Notes: generated by a model not told the origin, from the letters alone. Shown: positions 1 through 14,237, counted from the first letter of the stretch. The stretch is DNA of 64,000 nucleotides from Eledone cirrhosa (GCA_964016885.1 OZ024766.1:17732001-17796000); one strand, 5' to 3'. Translations and numbers: made by a program.

Positions 1-1020
<1,020 letters not shown>

Positions 1021-1236
1021 TATCGTTTCTGAATTTGTTTAGCAAGATTCTTTATCTGAAATCGTGTGTTGAAACCGATATTGTTATACTTTGGGAGGGT
1101 CATGTTGCCAATAAGAAACACACGCACCAGTTGCTTTCACTTCAATTTAATTTAATATATATTTATAAATTTACAAATCTATAAATTTCTGGTTGGTTGG
1201 TTGGTTCCACAACCAGATAGTTGTTTATATATATAT

Positions 1237-1281
1237 AGTCATAGTTCTTTCGTCACACACTCTGTGACCTCTTCAGTGACT
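1237..1281 (-). ncRNA. Minimal type I hammerhead ribozyme motif (family B)
   Basis: Minus strand reads agtca CTGAAGA g gtcaca-gagtg-tgtgac GAAA gaac TA tgact. Stem I agtca/tgact, CUA site. Confidence 0.6.
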
Positions 1282-1379
1282 GGGGATTTCTTTCTTCGTT
1301 TCTGTGCCTTTCCTTTCTTCTATCCTACGCCATTAGGATAGAAGAAAGGAAAGGCACAGAAACGAAGAAAGAAATCCCC

Positions 1380-1424
1380 AGTCACTGAAGAGGTCACAGA
1401 GTGTGTGACGAAAGAACTATGACT
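1380..1424 (+). ncRNA. Minimal type I hammerhead ribozyme motif (family B)
   Basis: agtca CTGAAGA g gtcaca-gagtg-tgtgac GAAA gaac TA tgact. One extra G after the CUGANGA box, 1-bp stem III. Confidence 0.6.
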
Positions 1425-1881
1425 ATATATATATAAACAACTATCTGGTTGTGGAACCAACCAACCAACCAGAAATTTATAGATTTGTAAATTTATAAAT
1501 TTATAAATATATATTAAATTAAATTGAAGTGAAAGCAACTGGTGCGTGTGTTTCTTATTGGCAACATGACCCTCCCAAAGTATAACAATATACATATATA
1601 TATATACATATATATATATACATATATATATATACATATATATATATACATATATATATATACATATATATATATACATATATATATACATATATATATA
1701 TACATATATATATATACATATATATATACATATATATATATACATATATATATACATATATATATACATATATATATATACATATATATATACATATATA
1801 TATACATATATATATATACATATATATATACATATATATATACATATATATATACATATATATATATACATATATATATAC

Positions 1882-1934
<53 letters not shown>

Positions 1935-2086
1935 CATATGTATATATACACATGTATATATACACATGTATATATATATACATATATATATACACATGCA
2001 TATATATATACATATATATATACACATGCATATATATATACATATATATATACACATGTATATATATATACATATATATATACACA

Positions 2087-2136
<50 letters not shown>

Positions 2137-2198
2137 CATATATATATATGTATATATATATACATATATATCCACACACATATATATATACATACGTG

Positions 2199-2230
<32 letters not shown>

Positions 2231-2924
2231 TACATACGTGTGTCTATATATACACATATATATGTATATATATCATATTTCACCAACAGAAACGAAACAT
2301 AAACCATGGAAAACACTGGATAAAGTACAACAATTCAAGGAAGTTAGAAGACAAGAAATCGGAGAAGTCGGGTCCCTAATCTATGGACATTCTGGTTATT
2401 TAAGGTGTCTGGAATATTGAAATGAATGAAATATTATAATAAAGTTCTAATATCTACGGTAAACGATGACAGGAAGACATATATACCATTGGATTTATCT
2501 TGTGTCGCCATTTTTCCTTCTGGAATGACAGAGGAGACGCACAACGTGGAGCTAGCTTTTTATTCTTAGTATCACTTTTACAACGTAGTTTCGTACACAC
2601 GGTTTTTCTGTTTCTTGTTGTGTCTTGTCTTCTGGATGTTAGAGAGAAAGAAAGAATGAAATGAGGATTAGAAAGAGGAAGGAAACGAGAATGTGAGTGG
2701 AGGAGGAGAGAAAAAAGAGAGAAGGTCATAAAGGGAGAATGGAAGGATAAGGGAAAAGAGGAAGAAGGAGGAGAATGAGTAGGGACGCACAATTTGGAGC
2801 TAGCTTACTATTCTTCGTATTACTTTTATTAGGTAGTTTCGTACACACTGTTACCTTATTTCTTTCTTTTCTTTCGTTGTGTGAGAGAAAATAGAGTAAG
2901 AGATGTGAGCAATGTTTGAGAAGA

Positions 2925-3600
2925 AGAAAAACTAAGAGATGTGAGTATTGTTTGTATAATAGAGAGGTAGTAAGTATATAGAGAGGAAAAGAGGAAGAAA
3001 GACTAAGAGATATGGGCAGTGTTTGTATATTAGAGAAGAAGTAAGTATATATAGAGGAAAAGAGGAAGAAAGACTAAGAGATGTGAACAGTGTTTGTGTA
3101 TTAGAGAGGAAGTAAGTATATAGAGAGGAAAAGAGGAAGAAAGACTAAGAGATATGGGCAGTGTTTGTATAATAGAGAGGAAAATAGGAAGAAAGACTAA
3201 GAGATATGAGCAGTGTTTGTATATTAGAGAGGAAGTAAGTATATAGAGAGGAAAATAGGAAGAAAGACTAAGAGATGTGAGCAGTGTTTGTATAATAGAG
3301 AGGAATTAAGTATATAGAGAGGAAAAGAGGAAGAAAGACTAAGAGATGTGAGCAGTGTTTGTATATTAGAGAGGTAGTAAGTATATAGAGAGGAAAAGAG
3401 GAAGAAAGACTAAGAGATATGAGCAGTGTTTGTATATTAGAGAGGTAGTAAGTATATAGAGAGAAAAAGAGGAAGAAAGACTAAGAGATATAAGCAGTGT
3501 TTGTATATTAGAGAGGAAGCTAGTATATAGAGAGGAAAAGAGGAAGAAAGACTAAGAGATATGAGCAGTGTTTGTATATTAGAGAGGAAGTAAGTATATA
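2925..3600. repeat. Purine-rich ~71-bp minisatellite (~9 copies)
   Basis: gactaagagatgtgagcagtgtttgtatattagagagg... recurs at 3001, 3072, 3143 and onward. Confidence 0.85.
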
Positions 3601-3861
3601 GAACGGTTAAAAATACAGACAAAAATATATATAGACTATATATATATATATATATATATAATAGACTATATATATATATATATTTATATATATATTTTTA
3701 ATTGTCGGTCAATCAATGGTAAACATTGATTGCCAAATAAATTAACTATGGTGATATAAAAGATACAGAGGCGAAAAGCAACCAAACAGTGAGTGTGTTC
3801 TGTTATTATTTCTGGCAACATTATTACAACAATATGACCCTCCCCAAGTATATATACACAG

Positions 3862-3906
<45 letters not shown>

Positions 3907-4068
3907 ACCCTCCCCAAGTATAACAATACATATATACACAAACACACACACACACATACATATATATATATGTGTATATATATACACATATATATATATG
4001 TGTGTGACCCTACCCAAGTATAACAATACATATATACACAAACACACACACACACATACATATATATA

Positions 4069-4126
<58 letters not shown>

Positions 4127-4237
4127 ACCGTCCCCAAGTATAACAATACATATATACACACACATATATACATATATACACACATATATATATATATATA
4201 TGTGTGTGTGACCCTACCCAAGTACAACAATGCATAT

Positions 4238-4279
<42 letters not shown>

Positions 4280-4325
4280 GTGTTTGTGTGACCCTCCCCA
4301 AGTATAACAATACATATACACACAA

Positions 4326-4356
<31 letters not shown>

Positions 4357-4487
4357 GGAACGAGTAGGACCCCGACGGCTGAGCTCAAGCCGTTTCGACC
4401 GCTAATTCTAGACTAAATCCTACTACCCTAAGTATTGAGTACTTTGGTGCTTTATGGTCCACATGGTTCCTTACCACATTTCCTTCG

Positions 4488-4550
<63 letters not shown>

Positions 4551-4590
4551 ACCCTACCCAAGCGTAACAATGCATATACACACAAACACG

Positions 4591-4673
<83 letters not shown>

Positions 4674-4708
4674 TTGTGTGTATATGCATTGTTATACTTG
4701 GGTAGGGT

Positions 4709-4753
<45 letters not shown>

Positions 4754-5135
4754 TTGTGTGTATATGCATTGTTGTACTTGGGTAGGGTCACACATATATA
4801 TATATATATATATGTGCGTGACCCTCCCCAAGTATAACAATACATATATACACAAACACACACACACACATACATATATATATATGTGTATATATATATA
4901 TATATATGTGCGTGACCCTCCCCAAGTATAACAATACATATATACACACACATATATATATATATATATACACACAAATATATATATATATAGGAACGAG
5001 TAGGACCCCGACGGCTGAGCTCGAGCCGTTTCGACGGCTAATTCTGGACTAAATCCTATTACCCACTCTACTACCCTAAGTATTGAGTACTTTGGTGCGT
5101 TATGGTCCACCTGGTTCCTTACCACATTTCCTTCG

Positions 5136-5212
<77 letters not shown>

Positions 5213-5247
5213 ACCCGACCCAAGTATAACAATGCATATACACACAA

Positions 5248-5279
<32 letters not shown>

Positions 5280-5299
5280 CTATAAAACTGTTTATATTG

Positions 5300-5365
5300 T
5301 ATTTTGTCTGAGGAAGGCATAGCATATTGTTAATATGGTATCCCTGAAATATATATAATGAAATA
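5300..5365 (+). ncRNA. Type I hammerhead ribozyme motif (family A variant)
   Basis: tattttgt CTGAGGA aggcatagcatatt-gtt-aatatggtatccct GAAA tatata TA atgaaata. Palindromic stem III, AUA site. Confidence 0.7.
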
Positions 5366-5725
5366 AATATGGTTTTATAAATATAGTTTCCATTTATTTA
5401 ATATCGTAAATATACTCCAAATACTTGTCGAGTGCTTTTTAAATATAACTTTCCATATATATATATATATATATATGTGTGTGTTTGTGTGACCCTCCCC
5501 AAGTTTAACAATGCATATATACACACATATATATATATATATATAGGAAAATGTATGACCCCCGACGACAGAGCTCAAGCCGTTTCGACGGCTATTTCTG
5601 GACTGTCCAGAGCTTGAGCTCTGCCGTCTGGGTCATACTTTCTCCTATTACCCACTCTACTACCCTAAGTATTGAGTACTCTGGTGCGTTATGGTCCACC
5701 TGGTTCCTTACCACATTTCCTTCGT

Positions 5726-5759
<34 letters not shown>

Positions 5760-5947
5760 GAACAAAGTGCCTTCCTGCGGTCATATATATATATATATTT
5801 ATATTACATATATAAACCCTACTATGTGTGTATATATATATATATATTACATATATACACTCTATTATATATATATATATATTTGTTTTGCAAGGTTTTT
5901 GATATGAAATCGTGTGTCGAAACAAATATTGTTATACTTGGCAAGGG

Positions 5948-5997
<50 letters not shown>

Positions 5998-6062
5998 CCC
6001 TTCCCAAGTATAACAATATTTGTTTCGACACACGATTTCATATCAAAAACCTTGCAAAACAA

Positions 6063-6094
<32 letters not shown>

Positions 6095-6313
6095 TGTTAT
6101 ACTTTGGGAGGGTCATGTTGCCAACATGACCCTCCCAATGTTTGGCAACATGACCCTCCCAAAGTATAACAATATCGGTTTCAACACACGATTTCAGATA
6201 AAGAATCTTGCTAAACAAATTCAGAAACGAAATATATTTATATATATATACATATATATATATAGGAAAAGAGTTAGGACCCCGACGGCTGAGTTCCCGC
6301 CGAACCTATATTA

Positions 6314-6378
6314 TATTCTATCTGATGAAAGCACACCATAATTTAACTTTGTGTCCTTGAAATATGTATAATGAAATA
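6314..6378 (+). ncRNA. Type I hammerhead ribozyme motif (family A)
   Basis: tattctat CTGATGA aagcacac...gtgtcctt GAAA tatgta TA atgaaata. Confidence 0.72.
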
Positions 6379-6534
6379 AATATGGTTTTATAAATATAGT
6401 TTCCATTTATTAATATATCGTATATTTACTCCAATAATTTGTTGAGTGCTTTATATCAGTTATAAAAATATTTTTAGCTTGTTGTATCCCAACAAATTAA
6501 ATATAACCTTTACATATATATATATATAATTAAT

Positions 6535-6725
6535 TGTTTCTCCGTTAGGCACAAGGCCAGCAAATACCCAGTTTATTACTGGTACTTTATTTTATAGACC
6601 CCGTAAGGATGAAAGGCAAAGTCAACCTCGGCGGGATTTGAACTCAGATCGTAATATATATAACTAATTGTTTCTACGTTAGGCACAAGGCCAGCAATAA
6701 CCCAGTGTATTACTGGTACTTTATA
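6535..6725 (-). mobile_element. tRNA-derived SINE fragments with Deu/Nin-like core
   Basis: tactggtactttattttat.gaccccgtaaggatgaaaggcaaagtcaacctcggcgggatttgaactc; the minus strand carries a B-box GAGTTCAAATCC. Same family as 21945, 42965 and 61692. Confidence 0.75.
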
Positions 6726-7078
6726 ATAAATGGCGATGAATTAGTTTTGCGAGGTTTTTGTTATGAAATCGTGTGTCGAAACAAATATTGTTATTGTTAG
6801 ACACAGAAGTGAAAACCAACCAAACAGTGAGTGTGTTCTGTTATTAATTCTGGCAATATTATTACACAAATATTACCCTCCCCAAGTATATATATATATA
6901 TATATATATATAGGAAAAAGTATGACCCCGACGGCAGAGCTCAAAAATAGCCGTCGAATCGGCTTGAGTTCTGTCGTAGGGGGTCATACTTTTTCCTATT
7001 ACCCACTCTACTACCCTAAGTATTGAGTACTCTGGTGGGTGATGGTCGACCTGGTTCCTTACCACATTTCCTTCGTTA

Positions 7079-9545
7079 TCATCATCATCATCATCATCAT
7101 TTTACGTCCGCCTTTCCCTGCTTGCAAGGGCGGGACGGGTCTTATTCAGCACAGCATCTCTCCACTCGTCACGGTCCTTCGTCATCTCCACCGTGCAGTG
7201 TAAATGTGCGTGAACGACCCAGCATAAATGTGTTGAGAGAGAAACTGTGTCTGAGAGGGATAGAATGTAGTGTACGGGAGAGGAGACTGAGGTGGTATGG
7301 ACATGTGATGTGTTGAGAGAGAAACTGTGTCTGAGAGGGATAGATTGTAGTGTGTGGGAGAGAAGACTGAGGTGGTATGGACATGTGATGTGTTGAGAGA
7401 GAAACTGTGTCTGAGAGGGATAGATTGTAGTGTGTGGGAGAGGAGACTGAGGTGGTATGGACATGTGATGTGTTGAGAGAGAAACTGTGTCTGAGAGGGA
7501 TAGAATGTAGTGTGTGGGAGAGGAGACTGAGGTGGTATGGACATGTGATGTGTTGAGAGAGAAACTGTGTCTGAGAGGGATAGAATGTAGTGTGTGGGAG
7601 AGAAGACTGAGGTGGTATGGACATGTGATGTGTTGAGAGAGAAACTGTGTCTGAGAGGGATAGAATGTAGTGTACGGGAGAGGAGACTGAGGTGGTATGG
7701 ACATGTGATGTGTTGAGAGAGAAACTGTGTCTGAGAGGGATAGATTGTAGTGTGTGGGAGAGGAGACTGAGGTGGTATGGACATGTGATGTGTTGAGAGA
7801 GAAACTGTGTCTGAGAGGGATAGAATGTAGTGTGTGGGAGAGAAGACTGAGGTGGTATGGACATGTGATGTGTTGAGAGAGAAACTGTGTCTGAGAGGGA
7901 TAGAATGTATTGTACGGGAGAGGAGACTGAGGTGGTATGGACATGTGATGTGTTGAGAGAGAAACTGTGTCTGAGAGGGATAGAATGTAGTGTACGGGAG
8001 AGGAGACTGAGGTGGTATGGACATGTGATGTGTTGAGAGAGAAACTGTGTCTGAGAGGGATAGAATGTAGTGTACGGGAGAGGAGACTGAGGTGGTATGG
8101 ACATGTGATGTGTTGAGAGAGAAACTGTGTCTGAGAGGGATAGAATGTAGTGTACGGGAGAGGAGACTGAGGTGGTATGGACATGTGATGTGTTGAGAGA
8201 GAAACTGTGTCTGAGAGGGATAGATTGTAGTGTACGGGAGAGGAGACTGAGGTGGTATGGACATGTGATGTGTTGAGAGAGAAACTGTGTCTGAGAGGGA
8301 TAGAATGTAGTGTACGGGAGAGGAGACTGAGGTGGTATGGACATGTGATGTGTTGAGAGAGAAACTGTGTCTGAGAGGGATAGAATGTAGTGTGTGGGAG
8401 AGAAGACTGAGGTGGTATGGACATGTGATGTGTTGAGAGAGAAACTGTGTCTGAGAGGGATAGAATGTATTGTACGGGAGAGGAGACTGAGGTGGTATGG
8501 ACATGTGATGTGTTGAGAGAGAAACTGTGTCTGAGAGGGATAGAATGTAGTGTACGGGAGAGGAGACTGAGGTGGTATGGACATGTGATGTGTTGAGAGA
8601 GAAACTGTGTCTGAGAGGGATAGAATGTAGTGTACGGGAGAGGAGACTGAGGTGGTATGGACATGTGATGTGTTGAGAGAGAAACTGTGTCTGAGAGGGA
8701 TAGATTGTAGTGTACGGGAGAGGAGACTGAGGTGGTATGGACATGTGATGTGTTGAGAGAGAAACTGTGTCTGAGAGGGATAGAATGTAGTGTACGGGAG
8801 AGGAGACTGAGGTGGTATGGACATGTGATGTGTTGAGAGAGAAACTGTGTCTGAGAGGGATAGAATGTAGTGTACGGGAGAGGAGACTGAGGTGGTATGG
8901 ACATGTGATGTGTTGAGAGAGAAACTGTGTCTGAGAGGGATAGAATGTAGTGTACGGGAGAGGAGACTGAGGTGGTATGGACATGTAATGTGTTGAGAGA
9001 GAAACTGTGTCTGAGAGGGATAGAATGTAGTGTGTGGGAGAGGAGACTGAGGTGGTATGGACATGTGATGTGTTGAGAGAGAAACTGTGTCTGAGAGGGA
9101 TAGAATGTAGTGTACGGGAGAGGAGACTGAGGTGGTATGGACATGTAATGTGTTGAGAGAGAAACTGTGTCTGAGAGGGATAGAATGTAGTGTGTGGGAG
9201 AGGAGACTGAGGTGGTATGGACATGTGATGTGTTGAGAGAGAAACTGTGTCTGAGAGGGATAGAATGTAGTGTACGGGAGAGGAGACAGGTGGTATGGAC
9301 ATGTGATGCGCATGGAGGATGACCGATGGGTGAAGAAGTGCCAGGAAATCCCAGTAGAAAGAAGACACAGAAGAGGTAGACAAGGAAAAACATGGGCGGA
9401 GGTGGTGAGAACAGACCTCAGATCATTGAAGCTCACGGTGGAGATGACGAGGGACCGTGACGAGTGGAGAGATGCTGTGCTGAATAAGACCCGTCCCACC
9501 CTTGCAAGCAGGGAAAAGCGGACGTAAAATGATGATGATGATGAT
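7079..9545 (+). mobile_element. 5'-truncated RTE-clade LINE 3' end with an inverted duplicate terminus and an internal tandem expansion
   Basis: Encodes LREKLCLRGI..RRLRWYGHVMRM..RRRGRQGKTW..DRDEWR (RTE C-terminus) and ends in ggacgtaaaa(TGA)n. 7079-7195 is an inverted copy of 9434-9545. Confidence 0.85.
7229..9308 (+). repeat. 80-bp minisatellite (~26 copies) derived from RTE ORF
   Basis: Unit tgtgttgagagagaaactgtgtctgagagggatagaatgtagtgtacgggagaggagactgaggtggtatggacatgtga, exact 80-bp period. Confidence 0.95.
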
Positions 9546-9706
9546 ACCCAGAAAAAAGACAACCTTAACGGTTGGAGCTTCCTGAAGCCGCATGTTTATT
9601 TTATTTTCAGAGGTTCCCCTCATCTAGAAAGGTGTAGTCAGAACAAATGGGGCTCCTTCACTCCCAGGTGCCCCCCCCCCCCCCCCCCAAAAAAAAAAAT
9701 CCCCTA

Positions 9707-10562
9707 ATATTTGGATGGATGTTGATTCTGCTGACTTCCTCCGACCTTTACAGGATCCTGTATTTCACCCAAACCCACCCCGCAGTCTGTCCAAATATCA
9801 CCCTCCTCACCCAGCTAGCTTGTTGGGGGGTTGCCCCGACCCTAAAACTGGTTGAAACTCCATCAAACTACTATTTGGATGGCCCTTGATTCTGCTGACT
9901 TCCTCCGACCTTTACAGGAGCCTGTATTTCACCCAAACCCACCCTGCAGTCTGTCCAAATATCACCCTCCTCACCCAGCTAGCTTGTTGGGGGGTTGCCC
10001 CGACCCTAAAACTGATTGAAACCCCATCAAACTACTATTTGGATGGCCCTTGATTCTGCTGACTTCCTCCGACCTTTACAGGATCCTGTATTTCACCCAA
10101 ACCCACCCCGCAGTCTGTCCAAATATCACCCTCCTCACCCAGCTAGCTTGTTGGGGGGTTGCCCCGACCCTAAAACTGGTTGAAACTCCATCAAACTACT
10201 ATTTGGATGGCCCTTGATTCTGCTGACTTCCTCCGACCTTTACAGGAGCCTGTATTTCACCCAAACCCACCCCGCAGTCTGTCCAAATATCACCCTCCTC
10301 ACCCAGCTAGCTTGTTGGGGGGTTGCCCCGACCCTAAAACTGGTTGAAACCCCATCAAACTACTATTTGGATGGCCCTTGATTCTGCTGACTTCCTCCGA
10401 CCTTTACAGATCCTGTATTTCACCCCCACACACCCCGCAGTGTGTCCAAATATCACCCTCCTCTCCAAGCTAGCTTGTTGGGGGGTTGCCCGTTTAGTCG
10501 CCAATGACCCGACCCTAAAACCGGTTTAAACCCCATCAAACTACTATTTGGATGGTCATTGA
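9707..10562. repeat. 164-bp tandem repeat (~5 copies)
   Basis: tatttggatgg recurs at 9708, 9872, 10036, 10200 and 10364. Confidence 0.9.
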
Positions 10563-10619
10563 CTCTCCTCAATTCATCTCTACTATACAAACGCTTGTGT
10601 GTATTTACGACACATAACT

Positions 10620-12150
10620 TATTATATATTGCTGTACTATACATATACTAGTGTGTACTATTATATATTAGTATGTACTAGTGTGTACTAATATATATTA
10701 GTATGTACTAGTGTGTACTAATATATATTAGTATGTACTACACATAAGCTATTATATATTATATATTACTCTACTATACATATACTAGTGTGTACTATTA
10801 TATATCACCGTGTACTAGTGTAACTATTATATATCACCGTGTACTAGTGTAACTATTATATATTAATATGTACTAGTGTGTACTAATATATATTAGTATG
10901 TACTAGTGTGTACTAATATATATTAGTATGTACTAGTGTGATTATTATATATTAGTATGTATTAGTGTGTACTATTATATATCACAATGTACTAGTGTGA
11001 CTATATATTAGTATGTACTAGTGTGTACTAATATATATTAGTATGTACTAGTGTGTACTAATATATATTAGTATGTACTAGTGTGTATTTACGACACATA
11101 ACTTATTATATATTGCTGTACTATACATATACTAATGTGTACTACTATATATTAGTATGTGTTAGTGTGTACTAATATATATTAGTATGTGTTAGTGTGT
11201 ACTATTATATATCACTATGTACTAGTGTGTACTAATATATATTAGTATGTACTAGTGTGTACTAATATATATTAGTATGTACTAGTGTGTACTACACATA
11301 AGCTATTATATATTGCTGTACTATACATATTCTAGTGTGTACTATTATATATTAATATGTACTAGTGTGTACTAATATATATTAGTATGTACTAGTGTGT
11401 ACTAATATATATTAGTATGTACTAGTGTGTATTTACGACACATAACTTATTATATATTGCTGTACTATACATATACTAATGTGTACTATTATATATTAGT
11501 ATGTACTAGTGTGTACTAATATATATTAGTATGTACTAGTGTGTACTAATATATATTAGTATGTACTAGTGTGTATTTACGACACATAACTTATTATATA
11601 TTGCTGTACTATACATATACTAATGTGTACTATTATATATTAGTATGTACTAGTGTGTACTACACATAAGCTATTATATATTGCTGTACTATACATATTC
11701 TAGTGTGTACTATTATATATTAATATGTACTAGTGTGTACTAATATATATTAGTATGTACTACACATAAGCTATTATATATTACTCTACTATACATATAC
11801 TAGTGTGTATTATTATATATCACTATGTACTAGTGTGACTATATATTAATATGTACTAGTGTGTACTAATATATATTAGTATGTACTAGTGTGATTATTA
11901 TATATTAGTATGTATTAGTGTGTACTATTATATATCACAATGTACTAGTGTGACTATATATTAGTATGTACTAGTGTGTACTAATATATATTAGTATGTA
12001 CTAGTGTGTACTAATATATATTAGTATGTACTAGTGTGTACCACACATAAGCTATTATATATTGCTGTACTATACATATACTAGTGTGTACTATTATATA
12101 TCACTATGTACTAGTGTGACTATTGTATATTAGTATGTACTAGTGTGTAC
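10620..12150. repeat. AT-rich ~30-bp minisatellite
   Basis: tagtatgtactagtgtgtactaatatatat repeats with interspersed variants. Confidence 0.9.
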
Positions 12151-12180
12151 TAACATGTTCTACTATTGTGTCAGTTGTAG

Positions 12181-12240
12181 ATGGAATTTGTATATTTGTG
12201 GATTACTATAGCGACCAAAATATGATGATAGCATCTAAAG
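12181..12240 (+). CDS. Putative upstream internal exon of the RRM gene (end of an RRM, DGICIFVDY)
   Basis: AG acceptor (alternative AG would start the exon at 12175), AAG|gtaagt donor, open frame, phase-1 end joins 18676. Confidence 0.55.
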
Positions 12241-12272
12241 GTAAGTGAAATATATATTATATACACATGTGC

Positions 12273-12316
<44 letters not shown>

Positions 12317-12695
12317 ATGTATGTGTATATGTGTGTGTGTATGTACTTTTTCATATATATATATATACATATATACATGGTGGCTGCCAACTCGTTTTCG
12401 AGTATGGCCACTACTTTATATCCATGTAGGAGAACCCCTACCGATGCGCTGAACGAGTGTGACTTTTTAGTCCAGCCAGCGACTTGAAAACTCTGGTACA
12501 GACACTACACTTGTGACAATTATTGACACATAGTGCTGGGCCCATGGCACCATGTGACGACAAGTGCAGAGAGATCTCCAGATATAAAGCAATGCCTGTG
12601 CCGTGAAGCTTTTATAGTGAGCAAAGGCACTGCACAAAGCCAGTCCCACTCTCTTAACCAAGATGATATTTACCAAAAAGAAGAACAAGTCAACA

Positions 12696-13050
12696 TCATT
12701 GGATACCATCAGGGTTGCAGGTGTTATATCAGAGTTTTCCTTCTCCTAGAATTCTGCCCTGACAAAGGCTAAGGGGTCATCTCTCCCGGTGATTTTGGAT
12801 GGCCATTGACTCTTAAGAGATCCTTTATCATTGGATACCATCAGGGTTGCAGGTGTTATATCAGAGTTTTCCTTCTCCTAGAATTCTGCCCTGACAAAGG
12901 CTAAGGGGTCATCTCTCCTGGTGATTTTGGATGGCCATTGACTCTTAAGAGCTCCTTTATCATTGGATACCATCAGGGTTGCAGGTGTTATATCAGAGTT
13001 TTCCTTCTCCTAGAATTCTGCCTTGACAAAGGCTAAGGGGTCATCTCTCC
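12696..13050. repeat. 132-bp tandem repeat (~2.7 copies), probably retroelement-derived
   Basis: tcattggataccatcagggttgcagg... at 12696, 12828 and 12960. Confidence 0.8.
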
Positions 13051-13076
13051 CTGTGTGTATATATATATATATATAT

Positions 13077-14005
13077 CATCATCATCATCATCATCATCAA
13101 CGTTTAACGTCCGTGTTCCACGCTTGCATGGGTTTGGACGGGGGTATTCCCACTTGAGGCAAGAGTGATTGTCTTGCTCGCATAGGACTGTCTGGCAGGT
13201 TTTCTACAGTTGGATGCCCTTCCTAACACCAACCACATTTACAGTGTGGGACTGGGAGGTTTTTACCGTGTTGCCTACACGGCCACATTACAGCGTGGAC
13301 TGTGTGTTTTTTTGTCGTGACACCTACACGATCTCATTTGTTTCGGCCTGGATGTTGTGGCACCAACATGACTTTACATAGGAGGGGGGGGGGGGGGTAT
13401 TTTGTTAAAGATGCCTACTGGCTGTAGTAGGTTTTACTATATATTTAGGTAAGGCGGGTCTTCTCTATTACTGAGTACCGCCAAAGGTCTCAGTCCAGTG
13501 ACATTGTCTTGGAGAGGTGTAAGTGTGTGAGGTCAGAGTTTATCAGCTCGTCCAAGGATTTTCTAGGTCTGCCTATTCTGTGGCTACCGTCTATCTTTAT
13601 TGCCCTGCACTTTGTTATACAGCTATCGACTTTCATGCGCATCACGTGTCCGTACCAACGTAGCCTTCTCTCGAGTAAACAACATCTGATCCCTCTTATT
13701 TCTAATTTTTCCCTTAGTTCGTTTATGCTTTGCCGTTCACGTATATTACTATTACACAACCAGTGGAGCATGCAAGCTTCGTTCCTCTCTAGTCTGCGTA
13801 TATCCTCTGCATACAATGCCCAGGTCCCACTGCCATGCAGCATTGCTGTTCGTATGCAGGCATCGTATAACCTGCCTTTCATTTTTAGGGAGAACCCTTT
13901 AGCGGCTAATAGTGGTATAAGCTCGCTGAACTTTTTCCATCCAGTTCTGACTCTAGCTACTGTACTTTCAGAGCACCCTCCCCCACTGCTGATTTTGTCA
14001 CCCAG
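13077..14005 (-). mobile_element. RTE-clade LINE, 5'-truncated (ORF C-terminus, 3' UTR, (GAT)n tail)
   Basis: YLGDKISSGGG..AR..WKKF..KGRLY..RTAMLHGS.TW..RLRWYGHVMRM..GRPRK. Ends in ggacgttaaacg(TGA)n. Confidence 0.9.
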
Positions 14006-14206
14006 GTATATATATATACACACAGGACAAACTTCCATCAGATCCTGTTTCCCAGATTTCACTAAAATGACCATCAATTTATTACAAATCGAATAATATC
14101 AAAACTTTCCCTACTAATCAATACCCGATCAGATTATAAAGATATTGATTACTAGAATAGCCGTTGCCTCGAACAGTTTATCAATTTTAAATATCGATTA
14201 CCCCAA

Positions 14207-14237
<31 letters not shown>

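Larger units (their letters stand above)
1078..1590. mobile_element. Fold-back pair of ~250-bp Penelope pLTR/retrozyme-like units
   Basis: 1078-1327 is nearly the exact reverse complement of 1334-1590, with a 6-nt loop (CGCCAT). Each arm holds a hammerhead motif. The same family recurs as a palindrome at 55180-55522. Confidence 0.7.
3835..7078. mobile_element. Cluster of short Penelope pLTR-like fragments in direct and inverted orientation, interleaved with (AT)n
   Basis: Repeated GACCCTCCCCAAGTATAACAAT ends, a ~145-bp unit (ggaacgagtaggaccccgacgg...tattgagtac...cttcgttata) at 4347, 4992, 5546 and 6913, local palindromes at 5880-6065 and 6095-6175, and two hammerheads. Confidence 0.5.

Noticed and set aside
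2570-2640. Possible minus-strand hammerhead (ccagaaga...gaaac)
   Set aside because: The core box is mismatched and stems I and II do not pair convincingly.
7102-9562. Three 730-800-aa minus-strand ORFs
   Set aside because: The 80-bp unit lacks stops on that strand; these frames are antisense to an RTE fragment.
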